Shown: positions 1-9,021, counted from the first letter of the stretch. The stretch: DNA of 64,000 bases from Elusimicrobiota bacterium (GCA_026388095.1 JAPLKL010000051.1:73713-137712), one strand, 5' to 3'. A program made the numbers and translations. Notes: generated from the letters alone by a model not told the origin.

Positions 1-68
1 AGCTCAACGCCGCCAAGCTCCTCCCGGGCATCGCGAGCCACCCGGAAGTCTCCGCCGGCCTCGGCTCC

Positions 69-1709
69 TTGCGCCTGGCCGTCCTGGGGTCGAGCACCAC
101 GACGCAGCTCCTGCCGCTGCTGCGCCTGCATGCCTTCTGGGAAGGACTGCGCCTGGACATCTACGACGCGCCGTTCGGGGCTTATCAGCAGGAGATCCTC
201 GACCCGGGCTCAGGGCTCTACCGGTTCCAGCCGCAGGCCGCCCTGCTCTACGTCAACTACCGGGATGTCCGGCCCGGCGCGGCGGAAGACGAGGCGGCGC
301 GCTGGGCCTCGCTTTGGGACGCCCTGCGCCAGCGCGCCGCCTGCTCGGTCATCATGAACAACTTCGACCTGCCGGTGGAGCGGCCCTGGGGGAACCTGGA
401 GGGTGCGCGGGGCGACGCGGGCATCGGCCGGCTGCGCCGCCTCAACGCGCTCCTGGCTCAGCGCGCCGGTCAGGGTGTCCTGCTGCTGGACCAGGAACAC
501 CTTTCCGCTTGCGTAGGCAAGGAGCGCTGGCACGACCCGCGCTTCTGGCTGCATTCCCGGCAAGCCGTCGCGCTAGACGCCCTGCCCCGCTACGCCGCCG
601 AGGCGGCGGCCCTGCTCAAGGCCGTCGCGGGCAGGTCGCGCAAGGCCCTGGCCGTGGACCTCGACAACACCCTCTGGGGCGGCATCGTGGGCGACGACGG
701 CGCCGCCGGCCTCGAGCTGGGCGAGACGCCCCGAGGCGAGGCCTTCATCGAGTTCCAGCGCTACCTCAAGGCCCTGCGCGAGCGCGGGGTGCTGCTGGCC
801 GTCTGCTCCAAGAACGACCCCGGCCGGGCCCGGGAGCCCTTCCAGTCCAGGCCGGAGATGGCCCTGCGCCTGGAGGACTTCGCCGCCTTCGAAGCCAGTT
901 GGGGCGACAAGGTCGCGGGCCTGCGCGCCGTGGCCCGCGCCCTCAACGTCGGGCTCGACGCCCTGGCTTTCGCGGACGACAATCCCGCGGAGCGGGAGCT
1001 GGTCAAGCGCTGCCTGCCGGAGGTCGCCGTGGTGGACCTGCCCGAGGACCCCTCCGACTGGGTCCGCCGCCTGGACGCCCTGCGCCTCTTCGAGCCGGCC
1101 GCGGTCTCGGCCGAGGATTCCCTGCGCACCGGGCATTTCCAGGCTGAAGCCCGGCGCGCCCAGGTCCGAGAGCAGGCCCCGGACATGCCCGCGTTCCTGC
1201 GCGACCTGCAAATGGTCGCCCGGACCGGGCCCTTCGCGCCCGCCGACCTGGAGCGCATCGCCCAGCTCATCAACAAGACCAACCAGTTCAACCTCACCAC
1301 CAGACGCTACACCGAGGCGCAGGTGCGCGCCTTCATGCAGGACCCCTCCTGCTGGACCTTGGCGGTCCGCTTGAGCGACCGGTTCGGCGATTACGGCCTC
1401 ATCTCCGCGGCCATCGCGCGGCGCCGCGGCGCCGCCCTGGACCTGGATACCTGGTTGATGAGCTGCCGGGTCTTCGGCCGCGGCGTGGAGGATCTCGTGT
1501 TCAATCTCCTCCTTGCAGAGGCCCGGGAGCGCGGAGCCGAGGCCATCCTCGCCGACTACGCGCCCACGCCCAAGAACGACCCGGTCCGGGACCTTCTGCC
1601 CGGCCTCGGTTTCCGCAAGACGCAGGACGGCCGGTGGCGGCTGCAGGTCAGCGAGGCCAAGCCGCGGGAGGTGACGATCCAGCATGGATCCGCAAGCCCT
1701 GCACCTTGA
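69..1709 (+). CDS. FkbH-like HAD-superfamily phosphatase/glyceryl-ACP loader; may be 5'-truncated (frame is open to window start, listed start is TTG)
   Basis: DLDNTLWGG (DxDxT HAD motif), CSKND, FkbH-type C-terminal region (NKTNQFNLTTRRY); followed directly by an ACP gene. Confidence 0.7.
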   Translation: MRLAVLGSSTTTQLLPLLRLHAFWEGLRLDIYDAPFGAYQQEILDPGSGLYRFQPQAALLYVNYRDVRPGAAEDEAARWASLWDALRQRAACSVIMNNFDLPVERPWGNLEGARGDAGIGRLRRLNALLAQRAGQGVLLLDQEHLSACVGKERWHDPRFWLHSRQAVALDALPRYAAEAAALLKAVAGRSRKALAVDLDNTLWGGIVGDDGAAGLELGETPRGEAFIEFQRYLKALRERGVLLAVCSKNDPGRAREPFQSRPEMALRLEDFAAFEASWGDKVAGLRAVARALNVGLDALAFADDNPAERELVKRCLPEVAVVDLPEDPSDWVRRLDALRLFEPAAVSAEDSLRTGHFQAEARRAQVREQAPDMPAFLRDLQMVARTGPFAPADLERIAQLINKTNQFNLTTRRYTEAQVRAFMQDPSCWTLAVRLSDRFGDYGLISAAIARRRGAALDLDTWLMSCRVFGRGVEDLVFNLLLAEARERGAEAILADYAPTPKNDPVRDLLPGLGFRKTQDGRWRLQVSEAKPREVTIQHGSASPAP

Positions 1710-1938
1710 GGTCCAGGCCGTCTTCCGCCGGGTCTTCGACCGCGAGGACCTCATCCTGCGCGACGACACCGCCGCCCGGGACATACCGGACTGGGATTCC
1801 CTGGCCCAGATCAACCTGGTGGTAGGCGCCGAGGAGGCCTTCGGCGTGCGCTTCCAGACCGCGGAGATACGGGCCCTCAAGAACGTCGGCGGATTCAAGC
1901 AGCTCATCGCCGGAAAGCTGGCGGCCCAGGGGCGCTGA
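1684..1938 (+). CDS. acyl carrier protein
   Basis: 84 aa, DWDSLAQINLV with conserved Ser of the DSL phosphopantetheine motif; overlaps the FkbH 3' end (translational coupling). Confidence 0.7.
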   Translation: MDPQALHLEVQAVFRRVFDREDLILRDDTAARDIPDWDSLAQINLVVGAEEAFGVRFQTAEIRALKNVGGFKQLIAGKLAAQGR

Positions 1939-2855
1939 TGCGGGTCCTGGTCACGGGCAGCGCCGGCTTCCTGGGCCGGGCCCTGGTCGAACGCCTGCGC
2001 CGCCGCGCAGGCCTGCGCCTGTTCCTGACCGACATCCTGCCGGCGCCCCGCTCCCGGACCTGCGACCTGCTCGACCGCGACGCGGCCCGGGGACTGGTCC
2101 GGGACTGCCGGCCGCGGCTCGTCTTCCACATGGCGGGGATGACCCGGCCCGGGCCCTGGCAGGACCTCTGGGACGCCCACGTGACCACCACCGTCAACCT
2201 GCTCGACGCGCTGCTGCGGCTGCCCCGGGCGCAACGGCCCCGGGTCGTGGTCGCCGGGTCCTCCGCCGAGTACGGCGCGGCGCGCCGTCTGCCGGTGACC
2301 GAGTCCGCGCCCCCCCGGCCGGTCTCGGTCTACGGCGCCACGAAGCTCTCCCAGACTTTGGCCGCGCTCTCCTTCCGCCATCACGGCCTCGTGGTCGCCG
2401 TGGCCAGGATGTTCAACGTGATGGGGCCGGGGATGCCCGAGCACCTGGCTCTGGGCAGCTTCGCCAGGCAGATCGCCTCGGCCGAGGCGGCCGGCGGACC
2501 GGCCCGGGTCATGGTCGGCGACCTCGGCACGCGCCGGGACTATATCGACGTGCGCGATGCCGCCGCCGCCCTGGAAGCGCTGTCCTCACCTCAGGTGCCT
2601 GGCGGGGTGTTCAATGTCTGCTCCGGACGATCCCGGACCATGCGCGAGCTTCTGTCGCGGCTGACCGCGATGTCCGCCTGTCCGGTCGGCGTGTCGGTGG
2701 ATCGCGCGCGCCTGCGCCCGTCCGACGTGCGGGAATTCTACGGCGACTCCCGCAGACTTCGGCGCGCCACGGGCTGGAAGCCGCTCATCCCGCCCGCGCA
2801 AAGCCTGCGGGACACTTTGGACTGGCATCGGTGCCGCCTGGCGGCGCGGACATGA
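1938..2855 (+). CDS. NAD-dependent epimerase/dehydratase family SDR
   Basis: N-terminal VTGSAGFLG Rossmann motif, YGATK catalytic YxxxK. Confidence 0.75.
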   Translation: MRVLVTGSAGFLGRALVERLRRRAGLRLFLTDILPAPRSRTCDLLDRDAARGLVRDCRPRLVFHMAGMTRPGPWQDLWDAHVTTTVNLLDALLRLPRAQRPRVVVAGSSAEYGAARRLPVTESAPPRPVSVYGATKLSQTLAALSFRHHGLVVAVARMFNVMGPGMPEHLALGSFARQIASAEAAGGPARVMVGDLGTRRDYIDVRDAAAALEALSSPQVPGGVFNVCSGRSRTMRELLSRLTAMSACPVGVSVDRARLRPSDVREFYGDSRRLRRATGWKPLIPPAQSLRDTLDWHRCRLAART

Positions 2856-3823
2856 CGAGCATCCGCCCCGGCCTTCCCGAGGATGGTCCCGGCATGCGGG
2901 AGCTCTTCGCGCTCTGCCATGAGCGGGAGCTCCCCGCGGACCTCTGGGACTGGCGCTACCGCGGCGGCCCGGAGGGCGGCGCGCTCATCGATGTGGCGGT
3001 CGACGACGGCCGCGTGGTGGGCCACCTCGCCGCTTTGCCCGTCCGGCTGGAGCGCGGGGAGCGGACGCTCGCGGCCGCTTTATGGGTCGACCTCATGGTC
3101 CATCCCGCCCACCGCAACCTCGACGTGTTCCTGGAGATGGCCGAGGCCAACCGGGCCCACTGCGCCGCCGCGGGCCGCGAGCTGCTCTTCGCCTTCCCCA
3201 ACGACCGCAGCTTCCCTCTGCTCAAGCGCATGCTCGATTGGCATGCGGTGGAGGACGTCGCGGCCCTGGAAGCGCCCCTGTCCGGCCTGGCCCAGCCCGG
3301 CCCGCCGGCCTCGGGCTGGCAAGTGGCTACGGGCTTGGAGCCGGCCCCGGAATTCGACGCGTTCTGGGAGGAGGTGCGGCCGCGCGAGGCCTGGGCCGTC
3401 CGGCGCGGCCAGGCCCGGCTGGCCTGGCGCTATCTGGCCAAGCCCCGAGCCGGCTACGGGTTCTGGACGGCGCGGGACGAGACCGGCCGGCTGCGCGGCT
3501 GGCTCGCCGCCAAGGTCTTCGCCGGAGCGCCGGGCCCCGTGGGCGACATCCTCGATTTCTGGGTCGCGGCCGGCGCCGAGCCGGCCCTCTGCGGGCTCTG
3601 GGGAGCCGCACTCGGTCATTTCCGGAAGCACGCCGTGCTCACGGTCTCGGCTTGGGCCTTGCGCGGCACGCCGTGGTTCACCCGCTACCAGGAGCTGGGG
3701 CTGGGGCCCTGCGGCCCCATCACGCATTTCGCCGGCCGTCGGACCTCGTCCGGCGGCGCTGCGGCGTTCCCCGGACTCGGCCGCGATTGGCACATAGCCA
3801 AAGGAGACTCCGATGTCTTTTAA
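2852..3823 (+). CDS. GNAT/FemAB-like acyltransferase (putative)
   Basis: ATGA start/stop overlap with upstream gene; acyl-CoA N-acyltransferase-like fold features; weak family call. Confidence 0.45.
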   Translation: MTSIRPGLPEDGPGMRELFALCHERELPADLWDWRYRGGPEGGALIDVAVDDGRVVGHLAALPVRLERGERTLAAALWVDLMVHPAHRNLDVFLEMAEANRAHCAAAGRELLFAFPNDRSFPLLKRMLDWHAVEDVAALEAPLSGLAQPGPPASGWQVATGLEPAPEFDAFWEEVRPREAWAVRRGQARLAWRYLAKPRAGYGFWTARDETGRLRGWLAAKVFAGAPGPVGDILDFWVAAGAEPALCGLWGAALGHFRKHAVLTVSAWALRGTPWFTRYQELGLGPCGPITHFAGRRTSSGGAAAFPGLGRDWHIAKGDSDVF

Positions 3824-4448
3824 CGTCCTGGCCGTTTCCGCCCATTTCGACGACGCCGAGATCGGCTGTGGGGGGACGCTCGCCCGGCATGTGCGCGCCG
3901 GCGACCGGACCTACCTCTACGTGGCCACCCGTTCCGACTACGCCGACCTCGACCAGCGTCCCATCCGCTCCGCGCGGACCGCCCTGCGGGAGGGGACCCG
4001 GGCGGCCCGGGCCATCGGCGCGCGCCTCATCACCGGGGATTTCCCGACCTTCGGGCTGCGCTATGACGACGCCCTCATCTGCGCGGTGCGCCGGATCATC
4101 GAGGAGAAGCGCATCGACACCCTTTATCTGCCCTGGACGGGCGACGCCCACCAGGACCACCGCGCTTTAGCGCGCGCCGCCATCACGGCCGGGCGCCACT
4201 GCCCGCGGCTGCTCATGTACCGCATCAACTACTACGACACCGAGGAGACCTTCGAGCCCCGCCACTACGTGGACATCTCGGCGACGATGGCGGCCAAGTC
4301 GCGCGCTTTGCGCGCGCACGCCTCGGAGCATCGCCGCACCGGCGGCCGCTGGCTGGAGTTCATCACCAAGGAGGACCGCACCACGGGCATCAAGCTGGGA
4401 GTCCGCTACGCCGAGGCCTTCCATGTGGTGCGCTATCTGATCCCTTGA
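3813..4448 (+). CDS. PIG-L/LmbE family N-acetylglucosaminyl deacetylase
   Basis: AHFDDAEIGCGG and HQDH zinc-binding motifs; strong AAAGGAG RBS 8 nt upstream. Confidence 0.8.
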   Translation: MSFNVLAVSAHFDDAEIGCGGTLARHVRAGDRTYLYVATRSDYADLDQRPIRSARTALREGTRAARAIGARLITGDFPTFGLRYDDALICAVRRIIEEKRIDTLYLPWTGDAHQDHRALARAAITAGRHCPRLLMYRINYYDTEETFEPRHYVDISATMAAKSRALRAHASEHRRTGGRWLEFITKEDRTTGIKLGVRYAEAFHVVRYLIP

Positions 4449-5575
4449 ACCCGGAGGACGCGGCGCCCCAGATCGTCATCCTGAGCTCCATCGAATGGGG
4501 AGCGGCCTGGCAGCGCCATCAGATGTTCGCGGCGCAGTTCGCCGCGGCCGGCCATGAAGTCTTCTTCGTCGAGAACACGGGCTTCCGCAACCCAGGCCCG
4601 CGGGACCTGGGCCGCCTTTGGAGCCGCCTGGCCGGGCCGGCCGGCGGCGCCAGCAACCCCCGCCCGGCCGGGGTGAGCATCGTCTCCCCCCTCGTCCTGC
4701 CGCCCACCTCGGGGGCCTTCCGCCGGGCCAACGCCGCGGTCTTCATACCGCGCCTGCTGGCCCAGTTGTGCCGGCTCGGCCTGCGGCCGCGGCCGGTGGT
4801 CATCGCCTATTTCGCCACGGAGACCACCTTGGAACTGCTGCGGCGGCTGGATGCGTCCGTGGTGGTCTATGACTGCGCCTCCAACTTCCGCGCCCACCCC
4901 CGGGTTCCCGCCGATTTCCCGCGCCAGGAGGCCGAGTTGCTGCGCCTGGCGGGCCTGGTGGTCTGCGACTCGGACTTCCTCTTGCGCCAGAAGCAGGCCG
5001 AGCACCCCCGGGTGGTCCAGATCCACCAGGGCGTCAGCGAGGATTTCCTCGAGGCGAAGCCGCCGCGTCCGGATTTCCGCCGCTTCTGCTACTACGGGAC
5101 CTGGGTCCCGGACCTGGATCCGGCCTTCTTGATCGCCCTGGCAGAAGCGGGCTTCGAGGTGACGGTCAGCGGCTTCTGCAAAGGACAGCCGCCCGACTGG
5201 CCCCCATCCATCCGGCGCTTGCCCCCCGCGCCCCTGGAAGGACTGGTCAAGCGGCTGGAGGAGTTCGACGTTTTCCTGCTCCCCCACAAGCTCACCCAGT
5301 TCCATCTGGGCGTCATCCCGGCCAAGATCTACGAGATCATGGCCATGGGCCGCCCCGTGCTGGCCACCCCTTTGCCATCCCTGGCGCCCCTGAAGCGGCT
5401 CGTCCACATCGCCGATTCCCCGGCCGACTGGGTGCGCGTCGCCCGGGACCTTCCCAGGACCGAGACCGCGGCCCTGCGGGAGGAGCGCATCGCCCTGGCC
5501 AAAGAGCATACCCATGCCAAGGAATTCCGGCGCTTCCAAGAGGCGGTCCGAGGGGCTTGGGAGCGAAATAGATAA
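4445..5575 (+). CDS. glycosyltransferase (GT4-like C-terminal domain)
   Basis: C-terminal E(x7)E-type region EIMAMGRPVLATP; codon bias favours + strand over antisense ORF 4433..5578. Confidence 0.6.
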   Translation: MNPEDAAPQIVILSSIEWGAAWQRHQMFAAQFAAAGHEVFFVENTGFRNPGPRDLGRLWSRLAGPAGGASNPRPAGVSIVSPLVLPPTSGAFRRANAAVFIPRLLAQLCRLGLRPRPVVIAYFATETTLELLRRLDASVVVYDCASNFRAHPRVPADFPRQEAELLRLAGLVVCDSDFLLRQKQAEHPRVVQIHQGVSEDFLEAKPPRPDFRRFCYYGTWVPDLDPAFLIALAEAGFEVTVSGFCKGQPPDWPPSIRRLPPAPLEGLVKRLEEFDVFLLPHKLTQFHLGVIPAKIYEIMAMGRPVLATPLPSLAPLKRLVHIADSPADWVRVARDLPRTETAALREERIALAKEHTHAKEFRRFQEAVRGAWERNR

Positions 5576-5589
5576 CAAAAGTCATCGTA

Positions 5590-5628
5590 TTGTAAGCGGG
5601 GTGCTCTGACCGACTGAGCTCGGGGCAA
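5590..5628 (-). other. truncated tRNA-Val(TAC)-like 5' half (pseudo-tRNA / recombination scar)
   Basis: minus strand reads GA-GCTC-AGTCGGTCA-GAGC-A-CCCCG-CTTACAA: D-arm, anticodon stem 5' half and anticodon loop with TAC; homology stops exactly after the anticodon loop; no T-arm. Confidence 0.4.
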
Positions 5629-5707
5629 CTACGCTGATTTCACAAAGAAAAACCGGGGCATTGCTCGACCTCCCAAAAATGGATAGGTGCCCATCTGGGT
5701 GTCCACG

Positions 5708-6535
5708 CTACAGGTTGGCGATGAGCCTTTCCATGACAAGCCGCGCCGCCGCTCCAGCATCATAGCGCACAGCCGCAGCCAGTAACGGGCTCAAGTCGTC
5801 ATTGAATTGGCGCAAGGCGACTTTGGCCGTCAGGTTTTTCTCGAACTCACTGCGGCTCACCTTGCTGCCTTCGGCTGCCATGTACTTGCGGAAGGTCTCC
5901 ACAATCCGCCTCGGATCGCTTCCCTTCATGCCCAGACCCCGCCACAAGTCGAACAGATCCCGCCCCTTGCGACGCTGATAAAGCGCGCGCAGCTTGGTGG
6001 CCAAGAGCTCATCAAGAGTGCAGGTTCGCACCTCCGCCCGTCCTTCAAACCATGGCGATTGGATGGCGAATGGATGGCCGATAGCTCCGAACACAGTGAA
6101 GTGCTCCCGGGTATTGATCTCGATCTTAAGCCGAAGCGGGACCACGGGCGCTATCTCGGATTCCATGCGATAGCGCAACGTCACATTATCCGGGCCGCTT
6201 TCCCGGCGGGGCACCCCCAGGATGGGATCGAGCCGGGAACGGATGGCGTTGAGCACCGGGCCGATGGGACCGGCGGAAACCTGCACGAGGTCGATGTCTT
6301 CGGAGTATCGTTGAGGCGACGTGACGAACAGCTTGTGCAGCGCTGTCCCTCCGCGCAGGAGGAGCGCCGGGGCCAGAACTGGGTCTTGGAATATCTCGAT
6401 GAGCGCTCGGCACAGGATCAAGTCCTGCTCGACTTGCGCATCCTGCGGCCAGGGGGCGACATTGCGCCAATGAGTGATTGCGGCCTGGGGAATCATGCTT
6501 CCGGCTCCGGCCGGGCGTTGATCAGGACATGCCAC
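5708..6535 (-). CDS. abiEii: AbiEii/AbiGii-family nucleotidyltransferase toxin (type IV TA / abortive infection)
   Basis: GGTALHKLF ... RYSEDIDLV nucleotidyltransferase motifs characteristic of DUF1814/AbiEii; overlaps upstream AbiEi gene by ~40 nt. Confidence 0.8.
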   Translation of the reverse strand: MACPDQRPAGAGSMIPQAAITHWRNVAPWPQDAQVEQDLILCRALIEIFQDPVLAPALLLRGGTALHKLFVTSPQRYSEDIDLVQVSAGPIGPVLNAIRSRLDPILGVPRRESGPDNVTLRYRMESEIAPVVPLRLKIEINTREHFTVFGAIGHPFAIQSPWFEGRAEVRTCTLDELLATKLRALYQRRKGRDLFDLWRGLGMKGSDPRRIVETFRKYMAAEGSKVSRSEFEKNLTAKVALRQFNDDLSPLLAAAVRYDAGAAARLVMERLIANL

Positions 6536-7293
6536 TTCCGGCTTTCAGTTGCCCCAGCAATTGGAGCTGTCGGATCAAGGGGACGCGGCGGAGCATCTTT
6601 GACCATGTTGAGGAACCCTTTGGACAGATCATGCCGCCGGAGCATATCCAGGAGGTATCCTAGCCGCTGGGCCACAATGTCGTCTCCATACCGCTTCACC
6701 GTATCTCCGAGCTTGCCGGGGTCCAGTTTCTCGGCTAATTCCGAGATGATCGTGACCACGTTATCCAGTCCTCCAGAGGCCTTGCAGTAGCGGACGAGGT
6801 CCCAGGCCGTGGTCTCTGGAGTGGATGCCATCAGGATGCCGGTCGGGGTCTTGACCTCTTGTGTCTGCGAACGATCGAAGGGACCCTTGCCGTGGAAGCG
6901 GATCAAGACGTTGCCCGCCCGAACGGGGCGGAGGGCGCGCTCAGGAATCATGACTTGAAATTCCTGGGGCCGGTGATGGGCAGCTCCGTGCAACTGCGCT
7001 GCGGAGAGAAGCCCCACATAGTATGGCCGAGCCATGTCTTTCATGAGTTCGTGGATGAACCACTCCGGCGGCAAGATGCCGGCAGAGCGATGCTGCGGGT
7101 CCACGATCACATAGAATCCGGATCTGGGCATGACGAGGCACCCTGCCTTGACCAGGCGATGCAGGGACATGTAAACAGCCGCCGGCGATGTGCCCAATCT
7201 TCTGTCGGCTTCTTCGCGAGCGAAGGTGTAGCGGCCCTGCCCAAGAAGTTCTTCAATAAACCCGCCGGCCAGAATCGGAGAAGTCCGTTCCAT
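6493..7293 (-). CDS. abiEi: AbiEi-family antitoxin/transcriptional regulator
   Basis: N-terminal wHTH (PAAVYMSLHRLVKAGCL), C-terminal AbiEi-like domain; positioned directly upstream of AbiEii on the same strand. Confidence 0.75.
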   Translation of the reverse strand: MERTSPILAGGFIEELLGQGRYTFAREEADRRLGTSPAAVYMSLHRLVKAGCLVMPRSGFYVIVDPQHRSAGILPPEWFIHELMKDMARPYYVGLLSAAQLHGAAHHRPQEFQVMIPERALRPVRAGNVLIRFHGKGPFDRSQTQEVKTPTGILMASTPETTAWDLVRYCKASGGLDNVVTIISELAEKLDPGKLGDTVKRYGDDIVAQRLGYLLDMLRRHDLSKGFLNMVKDAPPRPLDPTAPIAGATESRKWHVLINARPEPEA

Positions 7294-7298
7294 GTCTG

Positions 7299-7333
7299 TT
7301 GCAAATTATAACGAAGTTCGTTAGATTCTGCAA
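7299..7333 (-). promoter_or_regulatory. abiE promoter (-35 TTGCAG / 17 nt / -10 TATAAT on minus strand) with interrupted palindrome TTGCA-N5-TAACGAAGTTCGTTA-N5-TGCAA in the spacer
   Basis: read directly; -10 ends ~14 nt before the AbiEi ATG (near-leaderless); palindrome is a candidate AbiEi autoregulatory operator. Confidence 0.45.
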
Positions 7334-7406
7334 CCTGTTTTATTGCCCGAAGTCTCGCTGTCCTGCTGCGGAATACTTAGCCGCGAGTTCTCGATTCGCG
7401 CAAGCC

Positions 7407-8045
7407 TCAGGGGCGGGCCACAAAATCGAACCCATCGCGGCCCAAGCGGCTCATGAGCTTCTGGATGACCCCGCGAGCATCGTCGTCCGGTCCAGAGATG
7501 TATCGGGGCTTCCCATCCGGCCCGCCGAAAATGATGTCCTGTTGGTGGGTCAGTTCCTCCGTCCCCAGGACGTGGCGGGACAAATTAAAATCGGGATGGG
7601 GGTCGAATCCCAGCCTCCCGGCATATTCGATCGCCCCGAAGATGATCTCCTTGGCGTGATTGATCCCGATTGGTTTAGGCGCCTGCTCCGGAAAACTTTT
7701 GGCCAGGAAGTCCCCCTCGAATCTTGCGACCGGCAAATCCGCGTTGCAGAAGGTGTTCTTTAGTCCCGAACAGAAAACATCCACCAAGTAGAGCCCCAGG
7801 ATGAGGTTGCCGTTTGGCTGGCGCCGGGTGACCGCGATCGTTGCGAGGCCCGAGTCCCTCCAGTTGGGATTGATAAGGCAGGCATCGACGGGGTACTCGT
7901 CGGAGGACTTGATGAGGTGCTTCTTCTCAGCCTTGGACCAGGCAACCGCCGTGACAGGTGCCTGTGCCTCTTCTTTAGGCAGGCAGCATTTCTTATATTT
8001 CCTGCCGCTACCGCAGGGACAAGGATCGTTTCTCCCGGCGCTCAT
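7407..8045 (-). CDS. SEC-C metal-binding motif protein of unknown function
   Basis: N-terminal DPCPCGSGRKYKKCC (SecA C-terminal-type zinc motif) followed by ~190 aa uncharacterised domain; GGAAGGG RBS. Confidence 0.6.
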   Translation of the reverse strand: MSAGRNDPCPCGSGRKYKKCCLPKEEAQAPVTAVAWSKAEKKHLIKSSDEYPVDACLINPNWRDSGLATIAVTRRQPNGNLILGLYLVDVFCSGLKNTFCNADLPVARFEGDFLAKSFPEQAPKPIGINHAKEIIFGAIEYAGRLGFDPHPDFNLSRHVLGTEELTHQQDIIFGGPDGKPRYISGPDDDARGVIQKLMSRLGRDGFDFVARP

Positions 8046-8080
8046 GCCGGGATACCCTTCCGCGTCATTCGCCGCCCCCC

Positions 8081-8971
8081 TCAGTGCAGCATCTCGGGAT
8101 TCCGCAGGACCACAACACCCGACTTACCGCAGTCGGGACAGCACCAATGGACCTCCGAAGGCTTCCTGAGGACGTTGATGATCCCGAGGCACCATCTCCT
8201 TGAAGGCCCGGCCATGCAAGGCACCATGGAAGGCAACTCGTCATCGATCGGCATGTCAGCGGCCGAGGCGATGATCGCGTGGAAAAAGCGGGCCATCTCC
8301 TTCGTGCGCCTTGGGGCCGCGGGATCGGCCAACGCCCCATCGAAATGCTCGGGCTTGGTAATGAAGGCCGGCGCCTCCCTCGGCGAAGGCGTGGGCCCGC
8401 CTACCGAACGGCCAGGCGCAGCGGCAGCAGCAGCGGCGCCGGGACCCGAAACGGAAGGACTGGGCACAAGCGGAACCGCGTTCTTTATCTCCTGGTACAA
8501 ATACCAACCGACCCCTTTCGATCCAAGAACCCGCTCTTCGGTCGGCGGACTGACCAGGACGTCCCTGAGGCTCTTATACCGGAGCCTGACGAGAGCTTTC
8601 ACCGCTCGTGATGAAAGTCCTCCCCATTCTCTCCGAAGGAACTTGTTCCTCTCCATCTTCCGACTGATGTTCCAAATATTCGACGAGCTGCAGCGCAGTT
8701 CCTTGGCGATCTCCGCCTGCGTCCTACCCTGAGCCAAGCGAGTCTTCACCAAGCCATAGAGTTCAGCATGGACCGCCTCGTCAATATCCACCCAGGCCAG
8801 GTGCGGGAAGCGGCGCTGAATGACCCCATACCCACCGCCCGTCTTAAATTGACGGAGGATCTCGCGGATAGGAATGCCCTTGACCAAAAGAGACTCTGGT
8901 CCGGACGCGGAGTCAGTCATTTCTTCCGGCATTATACCAAAGCGCCTTCTCACGAGCCCAAAGGACGCCAT
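8081..8971 (-). CDS. HTH-domain protein with C-terminal zinc ribbon, unknown function (start uncertain: 8971, 8932 or 8920)
   Basis: sigma-70 region-4-like HTH (TQAEIAKELRCSSSNIWNISRKM), poly-Ala linker, C-terminal CCPDCGKSG. Confidence 0.5.
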   Translation of the reverse strand: MASFGLVRRRFGIMPEEMTDSASGPESLLVKGIPIREILRQFKTGGGYGVIQRRFPHLAWVDIDEAVHAELYGLVKTRLAQGRTQAEIAKELRCSSSNIWNISRKMERNKFLRREWGGLSSRAVKALVRLRYKSLRDVLVSPPTEERVLGSKGVGWYLYQEIKNAVPLVPSPSVSGPGAAAAAAAPGRSVGGPTPSPREAPAFITKPEHFDGALADPAAPRRTKEMARFFHAIIASAADMPIDDELPSMVPCMAGPSRRWCLGIINVLRKPSEVHWCCPDCGKSGVVVLRNPEMLH

Positions 8972-9021
8972 CCCGCAAGCGGCGCCATTTGATATTCTGT
9001 CTGCGTCAGGACTCGAGACCC

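Noticed and set aside
573-2444. Long antisense ORFs (e.g. 573..2444, 314..1147, 10354..11958, 12972..13811, 22772..23590 and many others)
   Set aside because: High GC removes stop codons on all frames. These overlap clearly motif-bearing genes on the other strand or frame and have Arg/Pro/Gly/Ala-rich low-complexity translations, so they were not called.
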